Origin: Thermoanaerobaculia bacterium
Lineage (GTDB): Bacteria; Acidobacteriota; Thermoanaerobaculia; Multivoradales; UBA5704
Reading direction: 5' to 3'
Length of the DNA: 29,859 bases
Assembly: GCA_044226625.1 (NCBI GenBank)
Contig: JBGAGQ010000075.1
Span: 1 to 29,859, forward strand
Positions 11,801 through 18,523 of the stretch are shown one piece after another (position 1 is the stretch's first letter; each line of letters opens with the position of its first letter). The notes under the pieces were generated by a model. It was not told the DNA's origin, did no database searches, and saw nothing but the letters and a program-made list of their open reading frames with translations. The translations under genes and the position numbers were made by a program.

Positions 11801-11899
11801 ATTGGCCCGTTGCGCATCGACTTCGGTTGGAAGCTCGACCGCGAGCCGCGCGAAAAGAAGGGGGTCCAAGTATCCTTCACCTTCGGCAATCCGTTCTGA
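8798..11899 (+). CDS. Omp85 family (BamA/TamA-like) outer-membrane assembly protein with multiple POTRA domains
   Basis: Signal peptide, repeated POTRA-like segments, DRRDD...PSRG, GG..LL.NLELRFP, GVGLRYLSPIGPLRIDFG, terminal Phe. The TTG start overlaps the tamB stop and has GGGAGA upstream. Confidence 0.9.
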   Translation: MSGSRTRRVGLAGSLPILAVGACLALLLSGLSGVAQAQPAPRVEEVSAARTAAAGSGTSAAPETPELPAATGPIVRAIEIRSETPLERPEEIEALLATEVGQPLSDLAIRRTLANLQASGAIAHAAIYSRPANRSRGGDGNAAGGDPSIPEGEGVVAIVALWQSVRVESVRLEGKLGLKAADLRGQVVQREAEPLSEGAVVRGVYRLEDYLVGQGFRTPSVRVRVALPNAGTANVVYQIDAGPRTEVSTVDFDGPLGPWKGDDLRAQLRTRAGEPYRPSSLDDDVERLQRYLARGRYGRARLGTPRVEDLPAKAASPAVGTKVTASESGKERGKPKEDDGPPAPEVRVVFPLDVGPKIEVEVAGGDLTKLKNKGLLPFLGETGYDEALVLTSVAKIKDEYQRQGHYHVKVEHDEKLEGDRYVLRLTIEPGPVYTLRDVRFTGNAAFPAKDLDELTVVSKRRLLAIGSGRLIESELAQDVRNVRAFYLLQGFPNAEVGPPKIEEQGENLSVEIPIREGRRERIGAVTYTGFDPEHLEPGRLSPPLKLGEGDPYHPQIVEAAVERLRGELSAAGFSEARVSAEEIWNPEHDRVDLEISALEGPRVTVDRIIVRGNRHTDSEVIRRTLGLKSGDAVSDAKLLEVERTLYKLNIFSRVEVERVRSALDDTTRDVLVRVQEGKPITLTYGFGYDSDDGWRGLLGFNHSNVGGQAYALRSDFRLSSTSSRFRLLFDQPYVFHLAQPLTTSVFYERGLAAQKAFELTRYGARTETTDAVGKHGRFALGLDYRVVEVDKLAAGVGLSDLERDAQPVQLANLYPSFLYDRRDDPVLPSRGFSSLAQLQYSFPLLGAQGDFLKVFLQHTQLFPWHVGKRGRELVVAASVRAGGIEAFRELASADLSSDLASRNIFISERFFSGGSTTHRAFSRDELGIPGETLILPEGKSSYVPIGGNGLLLANLELRFPLAGALGGVVFADSGNVWADWRDIDPSEVRNGVGVGLRYLSPIGPLRIDFGWKLDREPREKKGVQVSFTFGNPF

Positions 11900-12017
11900 G
11901 GCGGCCGCCGAGGGACTCGCAAACCATCTCGCAACAGGCCTCGCGATAGGCCTCTCGCAAGGCCTTGGACGAGGGTGCGCCCTCAGGGCTCGGACCTGCG
12001 CTATCGTTCGCGCGCCC

Positions 12018-13322
12018 ATGAGAGACCTCACCCCGCAAGCTTTCGCCTCCGCCCTTCTCGGCGCCGGCCTCCGCCGCGCTTTCCTCGTCTGGGACGCCGC
12101 TTCCGGAACGGTCCGCGCGTCCCATCCGCTGCTCGAACCGCTCGCCCGGATGCTCGCCGACGACCGTCGCGACTTCGATCACCACGAGGGGATCTTCCTC
12201 GAGGTCGCTCCAGAAACCGGAGCGCTCCTGGCCGCGTTCGTCCATCGGACCTGCCGCGGCCAGGGGTCCGGTGGGCTCCGGTTCTGGCGCTACGACACGA
12301 TCGAGGATTTCCTCCGCGACGGCTTGCGCCTGTCCCGTGGGATGACCCACAAGAACGCCCTCGCCGGCATCTGGTGGGGAGGGGGCAAAGGGGTGATCGC
12401 GCGCGAGACCGGCCGAGCGGAGGATCCCGCCGCGCGGCGGCGGCTCTTCGAGGAGTACGGCGCGTTCGTGACCAGCCTGCGCGGCTGCTACATCACCGCG
12501 GAAGACGTGGGCACGGTTCCGGCCGACATCGCGACGGTCTTTTCCGCCAGCCGCTTCGTCACTTGCATCCCCCCGGCGGTTGGCGGGAGCGGCAACCCGT
12601 CCGCCCCGACCGCCCGCGGCGTCGTCCGCGGCATGGAGGCCGCCCTGGCGCATCTCGGGCTCGGCTCGCTGTCGGGCAAGAGCGTCGCCGTCCAGGGTCT
12701 CGGCCACGTCGGAGACGCCCTGATCGGGTTCCTCGCCGAGCGCGGCGTCCGTCGCATCGTCGGCTCGGACGTCTCGGCGGAACGGGTGACGGCGCTGGTC
12801 GAGAAAACCGCCGGCCATCCGGACCTGGAGCTCGATCTCCGGGTGGTTGAGCGCGGGGACGACTCGATTCTCGCCGCCGAGGCCGACGTGTTGGCTCCGT
12901 GCGCGACGGGAGGGGTTCTGGGCCCCCGCACCATCCCGACGATCCGGGCGAAGGTGGTCTGCGGCGCCGCCAACAACCAGCTCGAAGATCCGGAGCGCGA
13001 CGACCTCGCGCTCGCCGAGCGGGGGATCCTCTACCTTCCCGATTTCCTGGTGAATCGCATGGGGATCGTCAACTGCGCCGACGAGGCGTTCGGCTCTCTC
13101 CCTCACGACCCGCGGATCGAGGCGCACCTGGGCGACGCCTGGGACAACAGCATCTACAACCTCTCGCTCGCGGTCCTCAAAGAGGCGAACGCCAGCGGCA
13201 AGACGCCCGCCCGCGTGGCGCTCGAGCTGGCCGAAAAGCGCTCCTTCGAGCTCCATCCGATCTGGGGCCACCGCGGCGCCCAGATCGTCGCGAGCCTGGT
13301 CGCCGACGGCTGGGCCGGTTAG
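12018..13322 (+). CDS. Glu/Leu/Phe/Val dehydrogenase family protein
   Basis: GGLRF, LSRGMTHK, GGGKGV, TAEDVG, TARGV, QGLGHVG, GAANNQL, PDFLVN.GI motifs. Confidence 0.92.
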   Translation: MRDLTPQAFASALLGAGLRRAFLVWDAASGTVRASHPLLEPLARMLADDRRDFDHHEGIFLEVAPETGALLAAFVHRTCRGQGSGGLRFWRYDTIEDFLRDGLRLSRGMTHKNALAGIWWGGGKGVIARETGRAEDPAARRRLFEEYGAFVTSLRGCYITAEDVGTVPADIATVFSASRFVTCIPPAVGGSGNPSAPTARGVVRGMEAALAHLGLGSLSGKSVAVQGLGHVGDALIGFLAERGVRRIVGSDVSAERVTALVEKTAGHPDLELDLRVVERGDDSILAAEADVLAPCATGGVLGPRTIPTIRAKVVCGAANNQLEDPERDDLALAERGILYLPDFLVNRMGIVNCADEAFGSLPHDPRIEAHLGDAWDNSIYNLSLAVLKEANASGKTPARVALELAEKRSFELHPIWGHRGAQIVASLVADGWAG

Positions 13323-13357
13323 CGCGTCCCGGTCCCCGGCGTCCTGCGCCGGGTTCG

Positions 13358-14056
13358 TCAGGTATGCCGTACGCGGAAGAGGAAGAGATGCTGGGTCGGC
13401 AGCGTCTCGATCCGCTCGACCAGCTCGAAGCCGGCGGGCTGCCATTCCCGCAGCACTTGCTCGACCGACATCCGGTGATCGAGATAGATGTTCTTCGCCG
13501 AAGTTCCTTCGAGCCGGTACTCGACCAGCGCCACCCGCCCCCCCGGGGCGAGCGCGCGGCGCAGGTGGGCGAGCATCTGCTGCGGCTTCTGGAACTCGTG
13601 GTAGACGTCGACCAAGAGGATCAGGTCGATCCCGCCGGCCGGCAGCTTCGGATCGGTCTCCGTCCCCAAAATCGTCCGGATGTTGGTGATTCCGTCCTCC
13701 GCGGCGCGCGCCTTCACCCGTTCGAGCATCTGCGGCTGGATGTCCTCGGCATAGACCACGCCGCGCGGTGCCACCCGCCCCGCCATCCGCCGGGCGAAGT
13801 AACCCGTCCCGCACCCCACGTCGGCCACTCGGTCGCCGTCCTTGAGCGCGAGGATCTCGAGCAGCTCGTCCGGCCGCTCTTCCGCCTCCCGGCTCTCCCG
13901 TTCGAGCCATTCCTGCCCGGTATAGACCTGGGCCGGCTTTCGATGGGGAATCGAGCGCTCCGCGCAGCCGCCGCACGCGACCAGCAACGAAGAGAGCAGG
14001 AGGACGAAAACGGCAGCCGAACGGGAGGCGAAAGGGAAAGAGCGGCGCACGTCCAT
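13358..14056 (-). CDS. Class I SAM-dependent methyltransferase with N-terminal signal/lipobox
   Basis: VADVGCGTGYF, VYAEDIQPQML, DLILLVDVYHE, LAPGGRVALVEYR; N-terminus MDVRR...LLVAC. Confidence 0.9.
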   Translation of the reverse strand: MDVRRSFPFASRSAAVFVLLLSSLLVACGGCAERSIPHRKPAQVYTGQEWLERESREAEERPDELLEILALKDGDRVADVGCGTGYFARRMAGRVAPRGVVYAEDIQPQMLERVKARAAEDGITNIRTILGTETDPKLPAGGIDLILLVDVYHEFQKPQQMLAHLRRALAPGGRVALVEYRLEGTSAKNIYLDHRMSVEQVLREWQPAGFELVERIETLPTQHLFLFRVRHT

Positions 14057-14170
14057 GCAAGGAGTGTACTCGGCCGGGGGTAGCGCGCCGATCGCGAGTA
14101 CCTCGCGAGGCGAGAGGGGAAGCGTCCGCCGCGAGAACCGAAGCGCCGCCTTGGAGGTACTGTATCGGCC

Positions 14171-14656
14171 ATGAAGACCGCGATCGCCCTGCTCTGGCTC
14201 GGCTCCCTCCCTCTGGAGGCCGCCACCGACCGGGACCGCCTCGTCGGCACCTGGCTGTTCGAAAAGGAGGTCGACCGCCGCGCCGACGGCTCGCCCGCTC
14301 CGGCCGGGACGTCGGCACCCGCGTATGACGGTTTCCTCACCTACACGGCGGACGGCTACGTCTCGGCGGTCATCATGCCCAAGGGCCGAACATGGGATAC
14401 CGACCGGGCGACGCTCGAGGAGCTTCGCGACACGGTCTCGAACGGCACCGCATACGCCGGGCGTTACGAGGTGGACGAGGCGAAGCACACGGTGACGCAC
14501 ATTCCGTCGGTCAGCCTGGAGTCCTATTACGAAGGAAAGCGGCTGGTCCGAACCTACGAGCTGAGCGGCGACAAGCTCAGGATCTCGGGGACTTTCGATT
14601 ACCAAGGCGAGACGATTCGCTTCGAGATCACCTGGGCTCGGCCCACGAAGCCGTAG
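14171..14656 (+). CDS. Secreted lipocalin-like domain protein
   Basis: Signal peptide; LVGTW, GFLTYTADG..SA, AYAGRYEVDE..TVTH, C-terminal W-x-R (Lipocalin_5-like pattern). Confidence 0.8.
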   Translation: MKTAIALLWLGSLPLEAATDRDRLVGTWLFEKEVDRRADGSPAPAGTSAPAYDGFLTYTADGYVSAVIMPKGRTWDTDRATLEELRDTVSNGTAYAGRYEVDEAKHTVTHIPSVSLESYYEGKRLVRTYELSGDKLRISGTFDYQGETIRFEITWARPTKP

Positions 14657-14752
14657 AACCGATCGGTCACGAGGCTCGCACGGATCTTACGGTCGGCGGG
14701 AGCAGGAGCCGTTCAAAAGGATTCTCTCGTGCGCCCCGGCCTTTGGAGAGCC

Positions 14753-14768
14753 GGGCATCCATCCTGCA
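14753..14768 (+). promoter_or_regulatory. Putative sigma54 (-24/-12) promoter
   Basis: GGGCATCCATCCTGCA = GG-N10-GC; the predicted start site falls at or near the ATG at 14781, which has no SD. Confidence 0.45.
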
Positions 14769-14780
14769 CAGCCGGGCGGC

Positions 14781-15311
14781 ATGAAAGACAAACTCCAGCG
14801 GTTCTACGACATGGTAGAAGACATCGAGACGGCGATGTTCACGACGCGCCGTCGGGACGGCCTGCTGGTCTCGCGTCCGATGGCCAATCAGGCGGCGGCA
14901 AGCGGTGCCGATCTCTGGTTCGTGACCTCCAAGGGCTCCTCAAAACTTGCCGATCTGGAAGGCGATCCGCACGTCAATCTCTCGTACTACAAGGACCGGA
15001 CGAAGGAGTGGGTTTCCGTCTCCGGCGTCGCGACGGTCTCCACGGATCGCGACAAGATCCGCGAGCTCTATCGGCCGGATTGGAAAATTTGGTTCGGCGA
15101 CGAGGGAAACGAGAAGGACGGCACCGCCGAGGATCCGCGGATGGTCCTGATCGGAGTCGAGATCGAGCTGGCCTCCTTCATGGAGGTGACGAAGCCGCAG
15201 CCCGTGGTCCTCTACGAGATGATCAAGGGACTGATCACCGGGGACGCGCCCGATCTGGGAAAAACCGAAGTTCTGAGCGAAGTCGAAACGGGACGACGGC
15301 CGACCGGCTAG
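14781..15311 (+). CDS. General stress protein, pyridoxamine 5'-phosphate oxidase-like FMN-binding (YdaG/GSP26 type)
   Basis: AMFTT...LVSRPM, LWFVT...S.K, VNLSY, WVSVSG.A, W..WF...DP motifs. Confidence 0.88.
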   Translation: MKDKLQRFYDMVEDIETAMFTTRRRDGLLVSRPMANQAAASGADLWFVTSKGSSKLADLEGDPHVNLSYYKDRTKEWVSVSGVATVSTDRDKIRELYRPDWKIWFGDEGNEKDGTAEDPRMVLIGVEIELASFMEVTKPQPVVLYEMIKGLITGDAPDLGKTEVLSEVETGRRPTG

Positions 15312-15413
15312 GGCGTTCGGTGGGCAGCTGAGCGCCGACTTCACGGCGCTCACCCTGGCGCCGGTGAACTCTCTCGGCTGGTTCGTGAATCGGATGGGGG
15401 GAGCGAGCCGTGG

Positions 15414-15449
15414 AAAGCCGGCGAGCGGAAGCCTGTTGCGCTCGCCGGC
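15414..15449 (-). terminator. Putative intrinsic terminator after the peptide gene
   Basis: Perfect 11-bp stem GCCGGCGAGCG/CGCTCGCCGGC followed by a short T run on the minus strand. Confidence 0.55.
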
Positions 15450-15461
15450 GGACAGCCTAAC

Positions 15462-15656
15462 TTAGTTTGCGTGGGTGCACCCCGAAGCTACGCAGCTCGG
15501 GCCGTTCGTTTGGCTGCAGTCCAGCGTGCAGGGGCAGGTGGCGAAAGTTCCCCCGCAACCGGCGGTCAATGCGCCGGCCACGCGAGTGAAGTTCGCATCG
15601 CTCAAGAGCACCAAGGTCTCTTTTCCGAGTTGAAGTTTCTTTCCGTTCCTTTTCAA
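15462..15656 (-). CDS. RiPP (lanthipeptide-like) precursor peptide
   Basis: SD GGAGGAGG before TTG; leader KKLQLGKETLVLL..VAGA; 35-aa core with 6 Cys, 6 Thr, 3 Ser. Confidence 0.8.
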   Translation of the reverse strand: MKRNGKKLQLGKETLVLLSDANFTRVAGALTAGCGGTFATCPCTLDCSQTNGPSCVASGCTHAN

Positions 15657-15722
15657 GGGGGTCCTCCTCCTGGAAGTGGGTTGAACCAGCGGGTCGACCT
15701 GCTGCGACAGATCTACTCGAGA

Positions 15723-16043
15723 TCACTTTCCCTTTGCCAGAACCGGCACGGCCCCCGCACAGGGAGAGCCGCCGATTGCCAGGTTCGCGCTCTGCTCGGT
15801 ACCGCCCCAGGTGCTCAGGTTCTCGTTGCACTGCCCCGTGTCGCCGCAGGTGCCGGACACGATCTCCCCCCAGCAGCCGCCGCCATATTCCCAGAGCCCC
15901 GGGCCGCCGCGCCCCTCGACGCAGTGCTCGCAGGTCCACCAGCAGGGGTAATACGCCTGGCAGAGCCCGCAAGGCTCGGCCGAGGCAGCTTGAGCCAACA
16001 AGAATGCCACGCCCACGATCACTCCCACGCACAGCTTCTTCAT
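15723..16043 (-). CDS. Small secreted Cys/Gly/Trp-rich protein
   Basis: Purine-rich SD (GAGAGG), signal peptide ending ASA, 9 Cys in the mature part (CxxC-x5-C-x3-CxxC...TCG..G.C). Confidence 0.75.
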   Translation of the reverse strand: MKKLCVGVIVGVAFLLAQAASAEPCGLCQAYYPCWWTCEHCVEGRGGPGLWEYGGGCWGEIVSGTCGDTGQCNENLSTWGGTEQSANLAIGGSPCAGAVPVLAKGK

Positions 16044-16157
16044 GGCACACCTCTCCCTCTCCCCGTGCCCCCTGGAGCGAGGGCACCGGCCTCCTGTTTC
16101 CTGAAGGGACCTCCTACCCTGGTACGGTGCAAATCAGGGCCGCCGCGGGACAAACCG

Positions 16158-16192
16158 AAAAAGAAAGGGGTGAGGCCCGCGACGCCTCACCC
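16158..16192 (-). terminator. Rho-independent terminator
   Basis: Minus strand GGGTGAGGC-N7-GCCTCACCC followed by CTTTCTTTTT. Confidence 0.8.
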
Positions 16193-16271
16193 TCAATGCT
16201 TTCTTCGACCTTTACCTTTCAAACCCTCGTCGGGTCCGCCGTGCCTGCAATCCGTGGGAGCTCCCCGGGAC

Positions 16272-16293
16272 GGTGCGCACGGCGCGCCCTACG
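16272..16293 (-). repeat. Single GTAG-type REP-like palindrome
   Basis: Minus strand CGTAG-GGCGCGC-CGT-GCGCACC: GTAG foot plus a GC stem with one mismatch, just after a stop codon. Confidence 0.5.
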
Positions 16294-16296
16294 AGG

Positions 16297-16659
16297 TTAC
16301 GACTGCGCCGGAAGGGGCTTCGACTTCGACTTCCGGCCGCGCTTCGAGCGGTGTTCGGACCGGATGTTGAAGGACTCGATCATCGGGTTGTCGAAGCCAT
16401 ACTTCGCTCGCACGACGGCCGCGAGCTGGCGCAGCGCGATGCTCGCCTCCCGGTTCCGGTCTTGGCGAACGACGACCGCGTCGGTCAACTGACCGCGCAG
16501 CGCCTGCACGTTCTCCTGGGAAGCCCGGAGCGCCTCGACCCGCTGCCGCACGTCGGCGACATAGGTTTCGGCGCCCGGAATGTTGGGCAGCTCGGGCGCG
16601 AGGCTCTGCAGCGTGAGCTCGCAACGGTTGATCTTGTCGGCGAAACTGGTGTCTTTCAT
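16297..16659 (-). CDS. Hypothetical alpha-helical/coiled-coil protein with basic C-terminal tail
   Basis: SD AAGGAG before the ATG at 16659; amphipathic helices, VRAKYGFDNP motif, tail RSKRGRKSKSK. Confidence 0.8.
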   Translation of the reverse strand: MKDTSFADKINRCELTLQSLAPELPNIPGAETYVADVRQRVEALRASQENVQALRGQLTDAVVVRQDRNREASIALRQLAAVVRAKYGFDNPMIESFNIRSEHRSKRGRKSKSKPLPAQS

Positions 16660-16769
16660 GGCGTGACTCCTTGGTTGTGAGGCGGGACGCGTCATGCGGC
16701 CCGGTACGACTTTGTTTTGATCGGTTCGATTCTCACGTCGAATGTCAGCCCAGATCCGAACGGTGGTCC

Positions 16770-17040
16770 ACGGGGTTTTCCGGACGAGCGGAGCGCTTTT
16801 CTCAGCGCCGAATTCGCTTTGCGGAGGAAAACCTCGTGTTCTCGTCGAGCTGAGGGGTTTTCTCGTCCAGCGAAGGGGTTTTCGCGGAGAGCCGAGAGGT
16901 CTTCCCAAACGGAAAACCCCTCGCGCCCCTCGCGAAACCCCTTGGCCGGTCGCCCCGCGGCTTCCGCGGTCCCGAAAACGAATTCGGCGTTCAGAAAAGC
17001 GCTCCGCTCGGTGAGCCGAGCGAATTCGGCATCCGAAGAA
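16770..17040. repeat. Degenerate 21-bp-periodic array folded into a ~226-bp imperfect palindrome
   Basis: 16785-16816 vs 16979-17010 inverted, 30/32 identical; inner pairs 16853-60/16935-42 and 16874-83/16912-21 share the same centre (16897.5). Confidence 0.8.
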
Positions 17041-17462
17041 CCCATCGCGGCACCCGAGCGCTGGAGTCTCGAGGTCATCCGGAAGGAGAGCGCGATCGTC
17101 GCGTCGTTCATCACGGGAGAAACCCTACAGAACGAGACGATGCGATTTCCAGTGCGTTTTCGAGCATAGGCCCTTTGCTCGTTTTTGCCCTGGATTTGCC
17201 ACGACGCTTTCGTGTAGGCTTCGCAGCTTTTCAAATCGGGCCTGGCAATGAGCGATTCGGCGCCGCCGTCGCGGGCCGTCCGGACGCCAAAGTGAACGGC
17301 CGTCGGGGCTTGCGCCGTCGCCTCGGTGACGAAGAGGAGAGCAGGCCTCCGCCCGCCGAGGCTGCAAATCCGGTCGGAGCCAAGCTCTGCGCCACAAAAA
17401 GCTCAGAATATTTCGAAGACGGGAAGGGGCCGCCGACCGCCCGGTCAGGCACAACTCAGTTC

Positions 17463-18044
17463 CTACGGCGTCGCCCCGCCGCTCGAAAGGCAAGTCATCC
17501 GAGCGGCCTGATCCGCGATCGTCCGAGCCTTTTCGTTCGCGTCTTTCCCCGGTGGGACCGCCTGAACCACACAAATGCCCTCGTCCGAGATCTTGGCGAC
17601 GACCAGGAAGGACGTCTTCTTCCCCTCCGCGTCGGAAGCGTCGAAGCGGACGATCAGAGCAATCGGATCTCCGGAGGGTGAGATCCGCCACTCCGCTTTG
17701 CGTCCCAAGCTCGAGAACCCGGTGCTCACCGTGCTCCAAAGCTCCAACGAGTGCTCCTTCCCCGCGGGATCCTCGACCGTGACGCTCATACCAGAGTCGT
17801 CGTCGAGCACCTGCAACCGATACCCCGCCACGCCGGGGCAACGCTGCTGGGAGTAGGCGCCTTCCTCCCCGGACACCAGGGTCTGGCACTTGTCTTCGGC
17901 GAGGTCCGAGAAGACGCTGGTCGGTGATTTTGCCGAGGCGGCACGGCTTGGGCTGGCGGCGAACGGTAGGAGGAGCACCGGCACGATGGCGGCGAGCTTG
18001 AGGGCTCGGCGTGGAATGAGCCAGGGATTCATCAGGGTGCCCAT
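17463..18044 (-). CDS. Secreted hypothetical protein (4 Cys)
   Basis: Signal-like N-terminus (RRALKLAAIVPVLLLPFAA); globular part with C..RCPGVAGY.L, KAEWR, PIALIVR, LVVAKI..ICV. Start 18044 or 18032. Confidence 0.75.
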   Translation of the reverse strand: MGTLMNPWLIPRRALKLAAIVPVLLLPFAASPSRAASAKSPTSVFSDLAEDKCQTLVSGEEGAYSQQRCPGVAGYRLQVLDDDSGMSVTVEDPAGKEHSLELWSTVSTGFSSLGRKAEWRISPSGDPIALIVRFDASDAEGKKTSFLVVAKISDEGICVVQAVPPGKDANEKARTIADQAARMTCLSSGGATP

Positions 18045-18153
18045 CGTAGTTTTTCGAACGTGTGAGCTACGTTTAGGCCACCTACGAATCCAGCGATCGC
18101 GTTTGCGCATGCTGAGCGGAAGGCGGCAGGCGCTACGGATTCCACCGTAGAGA

Positions 18154-18462
18154 TCAGCACCGCCGGCGAGGATTCGGGATCTCACAGTGGCAGAGGCAGG
18201 CGAGTGTGCTCTGACAGACCGAAACACACGGCGCCGGTCCGCAGTCACACTTGGCCACGCACTGGGCCAAGGTGCAGGAAGTTGCGAAGAATAGCGATTC
18301 GGCCGGCGGCAGGTCGGCCGGGGTGAGAGTTGCCAAGAATCCAACCAGCTCGGAAGTGGCCTGTGAGGTCTTGGGCAGAGCCGGAGGTGCGGCCTGAAGA
18401 GTTGAGCCGACGGCCGCCAGGATGCTCAGAAGGCAGAAGACGCAAACCCAATGCTTTTTCAT
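18154..18462 (-). CDS. Small secreted pre-pro-peptide with a 10-Cys core (defensin-like spacing)
   Basis: SD GGGAGG; signal peptide (..LQA), Pro/Ala/Thr linker, core SCTLAQCVAKCDCGPAPCVSVCQSTLACLCHCEIPNPRRRC. Confidence 0.75.
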   Translation of the reverse strand: MKKHWVCVFCLLSILAAVGSTLQAAPPALPKTSQATSELVGFLATLTPADLPPAESLFFATSCTLAQCVAKCDCGPAPCVSVCQSTLACLCHCEIPNPRRRC

Positions 18463-18523
18463 GAGCGTGATCCTCCCGAAGATTTCTGGTAGCACCAGCG
18501 CCGGTGTTCTCATCGCCGCCGAG

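Noticed and set aside
11877-14318. 813-aa minus-strand ORF and other long antisense/alternate-frame ORFs (5493-7823, 7938-9866, 8879-10903, 26013-28010)
   Set aside because: Shadows of well-supported genes in high-GC DNA; Arg/Gly/Pro-rich with no motifs.
16692-17234. ORFs on both strands across the periodic array
   Set aside because: No clear SD or family resemblance; openness is explained by the repeat. Not called as CDS, though not excluded.
18133-18156. Hairpin after the TGC-TGA stop as a SECIS element
   Set aside because: The loop is only 9 nt from the UGA, shorter than bacterial SECIS spacing, and the core already has an even number of Cys (10).
15455-18523. Integron cassette array or prophage at selC
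   Set aside because: One GTTAGGC is present but there are no paired attC boxes, integrase, att duplication or phage genes.
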